A stretch of 64,000 nucleotides of DNA from Octopus vulgaris (GCA_951406725.2 OX597818.1:69936001-70000000), one strand, 5' to 3'; shown: positions 25,336 through 39,035, counted from the first letter of the stretch. The notes: generated by a model not told the origin, from the sequence alone. Made by a program: numbers and translations.

Positions 25336-25598
25336 CAGGCTTGCACAGTTTCTGCCTGTCAGCTCACTCACAAGGTATGAGTGCTACAAAGTGAGCTTTT
25401 GAAACAAACTTCTTAAACATATATATATATATATATATACATATATATACACACACACACATAAACACACACAAGTACGTGTGTGTGTATGTTTAGGTGC
25501 AAGCATGGAGTATGTTTAAGAAGTTTGTTTCAAAACCTCACTTTGTAGCACTCATACCTTGTGAGTGAGCTGACAGGCAGAAACTGTGCGGAAGCCTG
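25336..25598. repeat. Near-perfect inverted duplication (about 85 bp) of a decayed SINE fragment
   Basis: 25336-25420 versus 25512-25598 differ by one mismatch and one 2-bp indel, by eye. Confidence 0.9.
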
Positions 25599-25828
25599 AT
25601 ATATATACTATACATATACATACATATATAAATATGCATGTATGTATATATATATATATGTATATATATATATTACGGAGATGTAGATAGTAATTTGATC
25701 TGAGATGTGTGAAAAACATAGGGTTATATCACCAAGCCGTCGATCACCCAACAGCAACGGACTTTGTATGAACAGGTCGTTTAGCGAAAAATATGAAATT
25801 AAACTTAAATGTTGGTAATATATATATG

Positions 25829-25887
<59 letters not shown>

Positions 25888-25925
25888 TATATATATATAT
25901 ATATATATATATGTATACATATATG

Positions 25926-25959
<34 letters not shown>

Positions 25960-26035
25960 TATGTGTATTATAAATAGATGAGTGTATTTTCACCTTGTTA
26001 ACAATTAACACGGAAAAAATAAATAAATAGTTACA

Positions 26036-26360
26036 GTGAAGGTGCATGGTTCATGGTTAGAGTGTCAGGCTTACTATCATGTGGTAGTGAGTTCGATTCC
26101 CGGACTGGGCTGTTTTTATCTTGAGCAAGACACTCTAGTTCATCTTGCTCCACTCCACTTAGCTGTAGGAGTGAGTTGTGACATCACTGGTGTCAAGCTG
26201 TATCAGTCTTTGCTTTTCCCTTGGGTAAGAGAGGAGAGGCTGGCATGCATGGGTGGCTGCTGGTCTTCCATTAAAAACCTTGCTCCGACTTGTGCCTCAG
26301 AGGGGAACTTTTTAGGTGCAATCCCATGGTCATTCATGACCAAAAGAGGTCCTTCCCTCT
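26036..26360 (+). mobile_element. tRNA-derived CORE SINE, second family
   Basis: A-box TGGTTCATGG, B-box GAGTTCGATTCC and CORE-like TCTTGAGCAAGACACTCTAGTTCATCTTGCTCC. Confidence 0.75.
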
Positions 26361-26435
26361 TCTTTCCTCCCCTATATATACAAATATGGATAGATAGATA
26401 GATATATAGATAGACAGACAGGTAGATAGATAGAT

Positions 26436-26788
26436 ATGTTTCTTTATTAGCCACACAGGGCTGCACACAGACGGGACAGATTACAAAGTAGAGCTTTTCT
26501 TTTTGGGGAGGAAACAAAAAAGTAGGGTAGGTTTTCGATCAAAAGGGATCGTAAAAGGGAAAGAAAAAAAGAAACAGAACAAAAGAAGAAAAAAAGAAAG
26601 AAAATATAAAAAAAAGGAAAGAAAAATAAAAAAAAGGAAAGAAAAAAGGGAAAAGAAAAAACAATCAATAGGGATCATGTATCATAGAAATGTCATAGTG
26701 TAAAGGGGGAAGCAGATAAGGTTTATCCGTGGAAAGAAAAGCCTATGGAAAAGACCACAGTAACCTCGGTCAATAATGTCACATGTTA
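26436..26788 (-). mobile_element. Probable LINE 3' UTR (L1/Tx1-like) embedded in (GATA/GACA)n
   Basis: The minus strand is pyrimidine-rich and ends CCCTGTGTGGCTAATAAAGAAACAT. Tetranucleotide repeats flank both sides. The clade call is an inference. Confidence 0.45.
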
Positions 26789-29451
26789 GACAGGTAGATA
26801 GATAGATAGACAGACAGACAGAGAGACAGGTAGATAGACAGTTAGATAGATAGATAGACAGGTGGATAGATAGATAGATAGGTGTGTGAGTGTATTGGAG
26901 ACATTTACAGCTTTGTTGGTGGCTAATGGGCCCTGCTCTTGACAAGTAAACATGAGTGCAAACATTGCAGAGCAAACTTTCCCCATTCACTACACAAGCA
27001 GTGCGCTTTCTAGCAGCACACTTAAGTTCTTCATGCAGAATACCTGCTCTCTCAAAAGTGTCGCCCCCCCCCTTAACCTGTTTCCTCCATCTGTGGCGAT
27101 GACAGACATTGTTCTCCTAATCAGTCTCCTGCATATCACAGGCCTTTAGTGAGGACTTGACGTAGTCCTTAAATTGCAACCTTGGTTTTTGCTAGGGTTT
27201 CTTTCCATTCATAAGTTCTCCATATGTGCATGCACACACGAGTTCCCCCCACGCAGACACATGCACACGTGTGTGTGTGTGTGTATGAATATGCATACAA
27301 GTGTGTGTGTTTATATACACACTCGTACACATACACACACACTACATCACAGTCACATTGAATATCTTTTATCTTCCATCTACCAAATACACTCACAACA
27401 TTTGGTATTGTCAGGGGCTGATAGTAGACACACTTGCTCAAGGAGTTATGCAATGAAACTGGAAGACTGAACTGAAAACCACATGGTTGCAAAATAAATT
27501 GCTTATCCATTCTTCCATATAAAATATTCAGTTTATTTCTACATGTGGACTTAAAACATGGATGTTGATGCACTTGTTGGTAATGACTATGATGATGATG
27601 ATGATGGTGACAGCTAAGAAGATGATGATGATGATGAAAATGACGATGCTAATTCTATAGACAAATCTTAGCAATTGAATAAACTTATCTTCATATAGTG
27701 TTTCACGTTAGAGCAAAGTGCTTACTTTAATATGCTATCAGCTAAACAACTGCCTGAGTAACTTTTTTAGTTTATTACTCTCCATAGCAGCACAGCCCAA
27801 CCTTCGTACATGCAGGCATACACACACACACACATATACCTACAGTATATATGTATATATAAATATCTGTATGTATATATGCACACACACATGCATGCAT
27901 ATGCACATGTTGTTTAGTTAATATCATATTAAAGAAAGTATATTGCTATTTGTCTTTCAATCTATCATGTAGATATGTGTGTGTATGCGTGTGTGCGTAT
28001 CTATACATGTAGACATGGGTGTAGAGGGTGCACATATAAATATATATATGTATATGCATACATTCAGAACAACGTATATATTTATATCTATTTGTATGGA
28101 GGATTTATGATTGTTTATTGATATATTTGAATATTATTTTAAAACACACACATGCATACATACACATACACACACACACATACATACACACATACACACA
28201 TACACACATACACACATACATACACACATACACACACACACATACACACACATACATACACACATACACACACATACATACACACACACATATATACATA
28301 CACACAAACACACATATAGATATATATATCTTAGTGAAATGAAACATTCTTCCATAGAAGTTCAGTGATCCATTTAAATAATTACTTTCCATTGAGAACT
28401 CGCTTAATCTATCAAAGATTTCCTAAACTTTAGCCAGCTTAAAATTTTCTCACCTAATCCACTAAAATTTCCATTATAAAAACTTAATCTCTGTATTATT
28501 AATTCAATCCATTTAGCTAATCTATTCAAAAGATTTATTATCTGTATATGGAAAATTATATGCTGCAGTGTTTGGTGCTGTGGCTTCCTTCTATGGACAT
28601 CAGTGCTCAGAACGAAGCGACCTCTGAGAAATAGTAGTCAAATCTCCTTCAATGTAAAATTTGTTATTTTGAAGAAATGGTGAAAAGGAAGAACAATCTG
28701 GAAAATTTGATCGAGAATAGGCTGACTCTTCTTTTTTTTCTTCTCTTGAAGTATGTAGGAGTCTGTTAGACATTCCTTTGTTTCAACCTCATCTGTTAGT
28801 TGTGAAGGTGTTCTGCCATCATACAAGCGCTTTCCATCATTTCCAATCTTCTGTGAAAAACGCATCTGGCCTTGGGGAAATGTGTTACTTCACTTGGAAA
28901 CAGGTGAAGACTGGGGACAGGAAGGGCATCCAGCCATAGAAAATTTGCCCTAGCGAATTCTGTCTGACTTGTGTAAGCATAAAACAAGGGACATTAAAAT
29001 GATGGTTGTACACAATGGTATCAACGCCAAGAAGTCATGAGGAATAAATGAACTTTGAGTTGGTTAAAATGTTTGTGACATTCTCAGGTGTCTGTCAGAG
29101 GGAGATACTGAGCTGGTATGGTGCTTTTACACCTTTTACCATAATGACAACAGTGGAATTGCTATTAGAATTTAACTATCTTACAAACATATTTGAATTA
29201 ACCTAAAGTTGATATATATATGTGTGTGTATATATAAACATATATGAGTGGCATTGGCAATTTTTTCTCCGTCTTTGGATTTTTCCCTTTCTCCTTTCCA
29301 ATAAAGAGCTATGCTTGAAACATCAAACTCTCCTTTCACCAAGCATCAAGCTAATAAATGTTCTTGCTCACATCCTTATGCTTATATATTTTTTTTTTTC
29401 TTCGTTTATTTGAATTATCTCTCTCTCCCTCTCTCTCTCTTTCTCTCTCCG

Positions 29452-29483
<32 letters not shown>

Positions 29484-29559
29484 AATATTAGGGAGTAACT
29501 CCAAACTTACTGGGAAAAATTAGACTTAGGATTAAATCTAATTTCACAGTATCAATATA

Positions 29560-29934
29560 AATTAAATTAGAGATAAAACCACTATTAGGCAAATCAAACA
29601 ATGAAAAACATAAACTAAAACATAAAAATAAAAATAATATAATATACAAAATATATAAAATATAAAATTTAAAAATTTATATTATTTAAATTTAAAATTA
29701 AAATTATCAATTTATATTTATAAATTTTTATTTATTTGTTTTTTTATTTATTTATTTAATTTTTTTATATATATTAAATATATATAACTATCAAAAAGTA
29801 TTAAAAATTTTGATATAAGATAAAAAGTATTTTATATATTTTGTATATTATATTAATTATTTTTATTTTTATATTTTGGTTTATGTTTTTCCTTGTTTGA
29901 TTTGCCTAATAGTGGTTTTATCTCTAATTTAATT
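29560..29934. repeat. About 100-bp inverted repeat with an AT-rich spacer (PLE-type fold-back)
   Basis: AATTAAATTAGAGATAAAACCACTATTAGGCAAATCAAACAA.. (29560-29660) versus ..TTGTTTGATTTGCCTAATAGTGGTTTTATCTCTAATTTAATT (29830-29934). Confidence 0.9.
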
Positions 29935-29960
29935 CATATATATATATATATTGATATATA

Positions 29961-30152
29961 AGAGTGTATAAAAATGTATACATGGAGACAAGACCAGCAT
30001 GTAGACTTCTTACATGCTAAAAGGGCAGTCAAATCCCAAACCACAAAAAAGCAATAAGAATGTATTTTCTTGGTTTGGGATTTACTGCCCTTTTAGAATG
30101 TAAGAAGTCTACATGCTGGTCTTGTCACCACGTATAAATTTTTATACACTCT
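29961..30152. repeat. About 83-bp inverted repeat with a 27-nt loop; same family as 3191-3275
   Basis: 29961-30043 versus 30071-30152. It shares CTTACATGCTA.AAGG..CAGTCAAA with about 3239-3264. Confidence 0.9.
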
Positions 30153-30316
30153 GTTAAAAAATATTTGTCTTCTGACTTTTATTAGGCATACTAACCACTA
30201 GTGTAAATTATTTTAATAGTTTTTACCCTTGTATTTATATATATTGATATATATCTATCTTAGGCAGTGCTCCAGCATGGCCATACTCAAATGATTGAAA
30301 CGGGTAAAAAAGTAAA

Positions 30317-30356
<40 letters not shown>

Positions 30357-30359
<3 letters not shown>

Positions 30360-32960
30360 CCAAATCACATCTGCCTTTTCGAAGACTGCCTTGCAAGAAC
30401 AGAAGAGATCTGAACCAAATTAGAAGTACGTGTCAGTGTACTTCTTATGGGCAGACTTTAATCTGCCCAGTGTGGAATGACCTGAAGGCCTTTTTCTCTA
30501 GGAATGACGTGAAGTGAGCAAAGTCAGGTGGAATTCCTGCTCAACCTCACCAACAGGTTATATATGGAGCAAATAATACTCCAACCAACCAAAGCAAATA
30601 ATATACTAGTTCTCTACTTCACAAACAATATAGAAGCTCACCCATAATGTGTGACACCAACTCTAGTCTCGGCTCATAGTATAATGTATGGACCAAAGGA
30701 TCCCACAGACATGCAGCTTATGAGAAGCACCCAAAATCTATCCAGTTTGAACTACCACAAAGCAGACAGGAAATCAATTAAGAGATCACTGAATGGGATT
30801 GGTCCCAATGTCTCTCTACACCTGAATTAGGCATGAAATTGAAAGCCTTCATGTCCATAATGCAAGCCATATGCTACAATTTTGTCCCAGAGAGAAGGGC
30901 CACTGCACATAAAAACAAGATTCTCAGGGAGAGAAAAGTTCTCATGAGATGGCATACAAAGATTGCAAACTGCCTCAACAGAGAACTCAACAGCAGTGAG
31001 AAACCCTTCCTGGAAACAGCATTGCTGGAGAAACAACTGAAGGACTCCCATGACAAGGAAAAACCAGAAAAAGAAGCCTGAGTCATAAGAAATATAAAAT
31101 CAGACCTTTGAGCCTTCTTTAGGTACACCAAGGAGACTGCCTCTGTGCATTGCAGGGTAAGGCCACTCCTTCAAAAAGATGGTTCCCTCATGGGGAAACA
31201 CAATGAGGATAAGTGAAACACTGAATGAACAGTTCCAAAGTGTCTTCACCTCACTCCTACAGCACATGCAAGTTAACAAACATGTAGAATTCTTTGCCTC
31301 TACAGAAGATAAACAGGAAGCAGTAACAATTGATTCCATCAACATCGAAGAAGAGGATGTAATACTAGCAATAAATGAAAACTCAGCCACTGGCTCTGAT
31401 AGGTTTTCAACAATCCTTTCTCGAGTCATGCAAACAAGTCCTTATCACAGCAGCTTCTTTTTCAGAGCTTCCTCACAAATGGTAAGCTCCCGGACAAACT
31501 AAATGATGAAATAATATTCCCTATCCATAAAGGAAGAAGCAGAGCAGATGCTAAAAAATATAGCCTTTCTTTCTCTGACCTCACACATCAGCAAAGTCAT
31601 GGATCAAATAGTCGGAAGGAAATCAATTGCATTCCTTGACGAGAATGACTTGCAGACTGACACTCTGCATGATTTTTGACTGGGTAGAAGCTGCCTGACA
31701 CAGCTCTTGCAGCATCACGACTGGGCACTAAAGCAGCTGCTCAACAACTCAAATGGGGACATGACATGACTCAGTTTTGCAAAATCCTTTGACAAAATTA
31801 ACCATGGTATGATTTGGCACAAGCTGCGTCATCTTGGCATATTTGGAAAACTTGGAGAATGGCTACATGACTTTCTAAAATATAGAAATCAGGTAGTGGT
31901 GACCAACAGGGCCACCTCCAAGGAAAAACACAAATAATGAAAGGTGTTCCACAGGGCACTCACTGTCTTGGGGTTCACTGCTATTCATTATGATCCTCTC
32001 TGGTATGCCCTCAGCTGCTCAGGTAGCTACTCCTGCTAGCTATGCAGATGATACAAAAGTCTTTCAGAGGATACAGAACCATGCAGACCTGCGTCTGCAA
32101 CGTGAGTTGGATACAATATACAGGTGGGCTGAGGAAAATAACATGCAGTTTAATGCTGGAAAATTCCAAGCCCTGCACTACCAAAACAGGAAGCTTAATG
32201 GAAAGCAGACAGGATACACTGCCCCAGGAGGGATTGTAATCCCTGAATTCAAATCAGTACACGACCTGGGCATTGACATGAGTAATGATGCACCTTTCTA
32301 GGTGCTTATTACCCAGTTGGCAATAAAATGCAGACGCTTGGCTGGATAGATCTTTTTAAACTTTTAAAATGAGGGAACAGGAAACCATGATGGTCCTCTG
32401 GAGGAATTTCGTTCTCAGCCATCAGGATTACTGCTCACAGCTGTAGTTAGCAATCTTTGTAAAATTAACAACAGAACTTAAAACAATCCAGTGAAACAAC
32501 ACAAAGAAGACTGACTGAGGCTGGAAAAAATACACAATAATATACATCTAGAAAATCCTCGAAGAACTTGTACCAAACTTTGGCATTGTCAGTTACACAA
32601 ATAACAGGACTTGGAACCACAGCTTAGTACCCAAAATCCCAACAATGCCATTAGGATACAGGACCAGATAGTGCAACAGCTTGGGCTTCATGGGCCCACG
32701 GCTCTTCAATATCCTCTCACAAAGCCTGAGAGATATGCATGGCATGGATATAAGCATTTTCAAAGCAAAACTGGATCTCTTCCCATCAAGAGTTTCAGAT
32801 GAACCTACATCAAGGCAAGAAAACACAAATGAGGGCAAAAAACATCAAACTCCCTCATTCACCAAATGCCACATATTAGAGGAAGTTTAGTGAAAGTGTA
32901 GCAAAGCAGGTGGTAGTGCCCCAGCATGGCCACAGCCCTTGAACTGAAACTAAATAAGCA
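30357..32960 (+). mobile_element. Decayed CR1-group LINE ORF2 (end of APE domain, RT and 3' tail)
   Basis: An LMG-DFNLPSVE-like endonuclease motif at about 30443, [42 protein letters not shown] and GFMGPRLFNIL. The tail is GGTAGTGCCCCAGCATGGCCACAG. There are many stops and frameshifts. Confidence 0.92.
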
Positions 32961-33019
32961 GATAAGATAAAAATAATAAAAATAAAAATATATATATGTG
33001 TATGTATGTTTGTGTATAT

Positions 33020-33335
33020 ACAAATCATTATCATTTAACATCTGTTTTCCATGCTGATGGCTTGACAGGAGCTGGGGAGTAAGAGAGCTGCAGCAGTGTG
33101 CCAAATATCTGTTTTGACCCGGTTTCTGCAGCTGAATGTCCTTCCTAATGCCAACCACTTTACAGAGTGTACTGGATGCTATTTAACCATGCTGGCAACC
33201 ATAAATAGCTCCTATGCTGGTGTCACATTATATATATATATATATACACATAAATAATATCATCATCATTGTTTAACGTTCGTTTTCCATGCTGGCATGT
33301 TTTGGACGGTTTGACTGGGGACTGGCAAACCGAAC
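33020..33335 (-). mobile_element. Two RTE-type 3'-end fragments
   Basis: CATTTAACATCTGTTTTCCATGCTG.. and CATTGTTTAACGTTCGTTTTCCATGCTGGCATG. Confidence 0.7.
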
Positions 33336-34149
33336 CTAGAGATGGATGAAATGCCACTAAGCAATCTGCCTGGTATGCTAATGATTCTGTCAGCTCACTG
33401 CCTTAACAATGGTTATTATATTAACAATAGAAAAGTCTGGCTGTTGGTCAGTGGCTGGAGTGTGTCTTCTAATGATCAAGTGTGTATCAGTAGCTCTTCA
33501 CTAGATGCTGCCCTTGACAGCAGAGGGTCTAGCCCAGACAAGGAGAGCAGTACTCCTTTGTGGTCCTCACTCCTTTGTGGTCCTCATGTAAACCTTGTGA
33601 AGTATTTGCAGTTTTTGAGGTAGGAAATATCTACAAACTCTGAAGAGAATGCTTTGTGCTTGGAACAGAGGGATATGTTGTTATATTTTGTTCTGGTGGC
33701 AACAGGTGGGGATGTCATTCTGCTAATATAACCACATGTACTGACTGCAGTTCACTTTCACTTCTTAAGTGAGAATTTACTAAAGGCTTTCATTACACAT
33801 CTGTAGCCTTTCCAATGATTTCTCTGAGAACTCTTTGAAAATGCAATGTTGTTATCCATCCAAATATGCTTGATGCACGTTTGAACAGGGGAACAAGCTA
33901 CTCACTGCATTTTGTCACAGGGAATATATCTCACCTGTTGACAAAGGAGATCTAAAGCAAAAATTTTAACAAATCCATTGATTAAAAAAAAAAATGAGCT
34001 ATAATCAGTGTATGTATCTTTATTGGCAGAAGGATCTTCCCAAATCATAACATCTGTTTCAACACATGGGTTCATATCAAGAATCTTGTGAGATATATTG
34101 ATACGTGTTAGTCTATTTGCCAGTCTATCTATCTATTTATCTATCTTTC

Positions 34150-34540
34150 TATAACATCCACTTTTCCATGCTTGCATGCATCAGATGGAATTCATGAAGG
34201 CAAGTTTTCTTTGGCTGGATGCCTTTCCTGTCACTAACCCTCACCTGTTTCCAATGCTACTTGTATAAAATTGTCATGCTTATTTATAACTGTAATGTGA
34301 GATCACAACAAAGAGACACAAATGCACACTAACATCTATACAAATGCACACACACACACACTCATATATACATGCATATAACAGGCTTCTTTCAGTTTCC
34401 ATTAATCAAATTCACTCACAAGTTTTTTATTGGCCCAGGGCATTAGTATAAAACACTTTCCCAAGATGTCAAGCCACAGGACTGAACCTGAAGTTTTACG
34501 GTTGGGAAGCAAACTTCTTTACAATACCAATATGCCTGCA
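34150..34540 (-). mobile_element. RTE-type tail fragment followed by the 5' half of a CORE-type SINE
   Basis: GGCTGGATGCCTTTCCTGTCACTAACC, then GGCTTCTTTCAGTTTCC...GGACTGAACCTG...GGTTGGGAAGCAAACTTCTT. Confidence 0.7.
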
Positions 34541-34970
34541 GTTCACTGACTGATGCTATTGTTTAACTAAATGAATGATTCAATCAATAATTAGCTAAAC
34601 CGTTTCTGTTGCAGAGTTGAAGGGTTTCCAAAAGTCTGTGTAGTAATTTGTATTTCATTCCAGGTCGTAATTATAGAAACAATATTTCCTGGTTTATATA
34701 AACCATACAAAATTAAATGTATGTTGGTTAAGGATGTAAGTGTATGGATTAATAATTATTTAACAGTATGTTAGATTAATTAGGATGAGAATCAAATTAA
34801 TTCTTAGACACTCAGCTAATTAAAACTTATATTAAATTTATTCAAATGAGTGGTGGTAATTTGGGTATGCCTAAGTTAAACCAGCAGTCTGAGGAACTGA
34901 AAAAGAAGTTGATAAAAGTGGGTGAAATATCTAACCTTTCTGAAAGATCTTTATACAGGGAATTTATATA

Positions 34971-36283
34971 TCAGGTTGAGTCAAAATGCAAGCAATGTTT
35001 TGAACCATGAAGAATTTGTACCAGATTTTTGCAGAGTTTTGAATTTTTTTTAAACATTTTTTTTTTTGGCAATTGTGTGATAATACAGACATAGATTTTC
35101 CCAAATTCATCAATAAATTAACATTAATATTTTTTCCCCTATTATTACAGTCATCTGAAATGTCACAAAGTGTGATATTCATTCAATTTTGCTATTCAAA
35201 TAAAAAAATTAAAGCAGCCGAAACTGCTCGCAATATCATCAAAACATTTGATGAGGAAATGACCAGTGAGTGATCAGATTCATAATGGTTTAAATGATTT
35301 CACTGTGGAAACCTGAGCCTTGAAGATCATGAGCAGAGTGGACACTCACCTGTCATCGATGACAGTCAATTAAAGACTGGACACTCACCTGTCATCGATG
35401 ACAGTCAATTAAAGACTGTCATTGTAAAAGATCCTCATAAAACCACTTGTGAGCTGGCAAAAGATCTTCAAGTTAGCCAAAGAACTGCCTGCAACTATTT
35501 GCATGCAATTGGAAAATCAAGAAAGCTTGACAAATGAGTACCACGGGATTTGAATGAAAATCAGAAAATGTACAGATGTGAAATTTGCTTGTCACTTCCT
35601 CTCCATAATCAGACCAATCCATTTCTCAACTGCATTGCAACTTGCAATGAAAAGTGCAATAATGAAGAACGTTCCTCACAGTGACTGGACCAAAATGAAG
35701 CACTGAAAACCTTCCTTGAGCCTGAGCTCTTCAAAAAGAAGGTTATGGTGACTGTTTGGTGGTGAACTGCTGGACTCATCCACTATAACTTCTTAAAACC
35801 TGGAAAAACCATTACTGCAGAAACATATTGCCATGAAATTGCCAAAATGAATGAAAAACTGCTACTCTTCCATCCCATATTGGTCAACAAAAGAGGGCCA
35901 ATCATTCTTCATGACAATGCTTGACCACACATTTAACTAATGATGCTCCAGAAGTTGAGGGAATTTGGCTACGAAGTTCTTCCCCACCCATCTTATTTCC
36001 CAGACCTTTCTCCTACTGACTACTACTTTTTCAAGCACCTTCATGGTTTCCTGTGAGAGAAAGGGTTCAAAAATCAAACCGATGCTGAAAGTGCATTCAA
36101 AGAGTTCATCAGCTGCAAAACTCCAGATTTTTATGTTACTGGAATAAACAAAATTGTAAGTCATTGGCAAAAGTCTGTTGTTTATAATGGTTCTTAATTT
36201 GATGAATAAAATTTCCCCAGTGTTGAGATATATTGAGACGAATTTCAAGTTTCAAAACGTTGCTTAACTTTTACTCAGCCTGA
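34971..36283 (+). mobile_element. Full-length (about 1.3 kb) mariner transposon with a pseudogenised transposase
   Basis: TA|TCAGGTTGAGTCAAAATGCAAGCAATGTTTTGAA ... TTCAAAACGTTGCTTAACTTTTACTCAGCCTGA|TA gives imperfect TIRs of about 33 bp and a TA TSD. Motifs: *VPRDL (WVPHEL), HDNA*PH and YFPDLSPTDYYFFKHL. Confidence 0.95.
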
Positions 36284-36767
36284 TAGTTCAGACAACCATA
36301 AAGTGCACAAGATAAAGCAAAAGAAAAAAAGGGCTTTAAGGCACCAAATGTTAAAAAAATGCTGAATAACTGAAACCAGGTGAGACAACTAACCTTGAAA
36401 GTGATTGAGAAAGATGGATATCAATAAGTTGCTGTTCTTGCAAGTCTTTGGCATCATATACCAGTGCCACCTTGGAATAAATTGTAATTGCTGGTTTGTG
36501 GTATGTATTGGATGGTGCAGTGTGCAAAAGAACAGCACAAGTAAAACCGAATTGCATTTTGAATTATAAGCAACTCTAATAATGTCAACATTATTGATGT
36601 CACATCGTTACTTTATGACTTTTGTTTATTGTGAGATCAATAATTAGTGCTGCTTATAATTCAAAATGTAATTTGGTTTTGTGTGTGCAGCATAGTTGCA
36701 CATCAACAGACAGACTCTCTGCTATTTTATTTATTTTAAAGTTTCTTCCAAATAATAATAACAATGA

Positions 36768-37225
36768 TTTCAAATTTTGGCACACAACAATTTTGTGGGA
36801 GGGGCTAAATCAGTTATATGGACCCCAGTGCTCAGCTGGTACTTATTTTATCAACCCTGAAAGGATGAAACGCAGACAGAACTCAGATTTGAACTCAGAC
36901 AGAAAATTCAGAAGAAATGCTGCTAAGCATTTTGTTCCAGCACAGTAACGATTCTGGCAGCAGACCACTTTAATAGCTTGAAAAAGAAGAATGATGATGA
37001 AACTTTCAAATTTCTGCAAGAAGCTCAGTTTTGCAGGAAGGGAGGGAGGGGCATGGTTAATTATATTGCACCTAAAAACTGACTGGCATTTTATTTTATT
37101 CACTTCAAAAAAGTGAAAGGGAAAGCTGACCTTGGCATGATTTGAACTCAAGATGTCAAGAACTGAAACAAATGACACAAAATTTTCTTTCCAGTACTCT
37201 AACAGTTCTAACAAATTACTGCCCA
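36768..37225 (-). mobile_element. Two head-to-tail Meta-domain-like SINEs
   Basis: TTTCAAATTTTGGCACA...CTGGTACTTATTTTATCAACCCTGAAAGGATGAAA...GATTTGAACTCAG occurs twice, bounded by TAA/TGA tracts. Confidence 0.75.
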
Positions 37226-37238
37226 AATAATAATAATG

Positions 37239-37275
<37 letters not shown>

Positions 37276-37282
37276 TAATAAT

Positions 37283-38645
37283 CTACCTTGCACTTAAGGA
37301 TATAATTTCAGCTAATGATGTTGATGTTGCCAATTTCAATCACCTGTACTATGCATCCGCAAAGATCTCTAAGTGGCGAAAAGATTAGAAGACAACATTC
37401 TCACAAAAAGCCTATTTGGCAAGAATGTATTCAACACCACATTCAGTTACTTAGGTCTGACATAGAATGTTTAAAAAACATTAAGTTTGACAAGAATATC
37501 AAAACCAACAAAAATCTGAAAATTAAAGAAAAAGTATAACATCCTTGACATCGATATCACCATAGAAACTATAAAGGTATCTACTAAAGCTGCCCCCATA
37601 GCATGGTATGAAAAGCAGGTTAGATTCTTCAAGGACAACAACATGTTCAAAAATAACCCAAGAAATCTTTAACGGAAAGATAAGGAAAATCCCAGTTACA
37701 GTAAAGTCTGTCCCATCAAAAGAAGAAGTGCAAGAATCTTGGAATAAAATCTGGGCAGAAGAAAAGATACACAATAAAAGCATCCCTTGGATTCTTAGAA
37801 TATCTACTGACTTAGACTCCTTAGAAGAGCAAAAGTGGGACGGTATCAATGTAGAAAATGTAAGATCTGCTCTCAAGAAGTCAAGCAAATGGAAGTCTCC
37901 AGGAAAGGATAAAATTCCTAAATTCTGGTTGAATGCCTTGTCAGAGAGTCATGAACTGCTAACAGAACTTTACAAGAATGTTTTGCAGCAACCTAATACG
38001 ATTCCTTCTCAGCAAGTTAATGGCATTACATTCCTACTTCCAAAAAATGAAGAAACAAATGAACCAAAAAATGATAACCTGCTTAACAACAATCTATAAA
38101 ATACTAACATCTGTCTTGACTGAATACACCTATAGCTTTTTAAAAGAAAGTGTTATATTCCCTAATGAGCAAAAAGGATGTAAACGTGGGTCCTATGGTT
38201 GTAAAGATCAACTACTGATCAATAAGATGATCTTGGAAGATTATCACAAATGACACAAGAACTTGTTGATAGCTTGGATAGACTATAAAAAAAGCTTTTG
38301 ATAGTCTACCACAAAACTGGATTAAGAAATGTCTGGAAATTTATAAAATAGCACCTACTTTGCAAAACTTCTTGTCTGTAAGTATGAGATCATGGAGAAC
38401 CACTCAGACTTTGAACAGTGGCAATGAATCTCTCAATGCTGGCGATGTAATAATTTCATGTGGCATTTTCCAGGGTGACTCTCTATCACCTCTCCTCTTT
38501 TGTCTAGCCTTAATACCTCTCTCGAATGCTCAATGATGTACAATATGGCTAAAAGATGTTTGATAAAAACCTAAATCATCTTTTTTAAATTGGATGATTT
38601 AAACCTCTTTGAAAAAATGACCAACAACTACAGGGCTTACTACAA
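37283..38645 (+). mobile_element. R4/Dong-clade (RLE-type) LINE reverse-transcriptase fragment
   Basis: WKSPGKDKIPKFWL, GITFLLPK, ITCLTTIYKILTS, EQKGCKRGSYGCKDQLLINK, AWIDYKK-AFDS and GIFQGDSLSPLLFCLAL. It starts directly after (TAA)n. Confidence 0.9.
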
Positions 38646-38947
38646 GATAAAGAAATGTAGATGAGAGAGTTTTGTAAATCCTTAAAGCCTTTCTTTTGCC
38701 ACGAGAGATAATTCAAGAGAGGCTAAAGAAAAGAATAACTATAATTTTTCTACTTATGAAAAGATGGAAGCAGATTAAATTTTGCCTGAAATCAAGCAGT
38801 ATAACAGGTTGTCCAGGACATAACAGAAGAAATGAAAACAAGAAGGCATTGGAAAAGCAATGAATACCCTGTGTGCAGATAAAAGTTTTTGCAAATTATA
38901 GTGTGGCTTATCCATGTTTTTTAATTGAACTGAATTAATTATTCTTT

Positions 38948-39035
38948 TTTAAGTATCACCATTATAGGTATTTATACTCCAGTGAAATTAAGAAATCAAC
39001 TCCTAAATAAATAAAACCTTTGATTCCATTACTGT

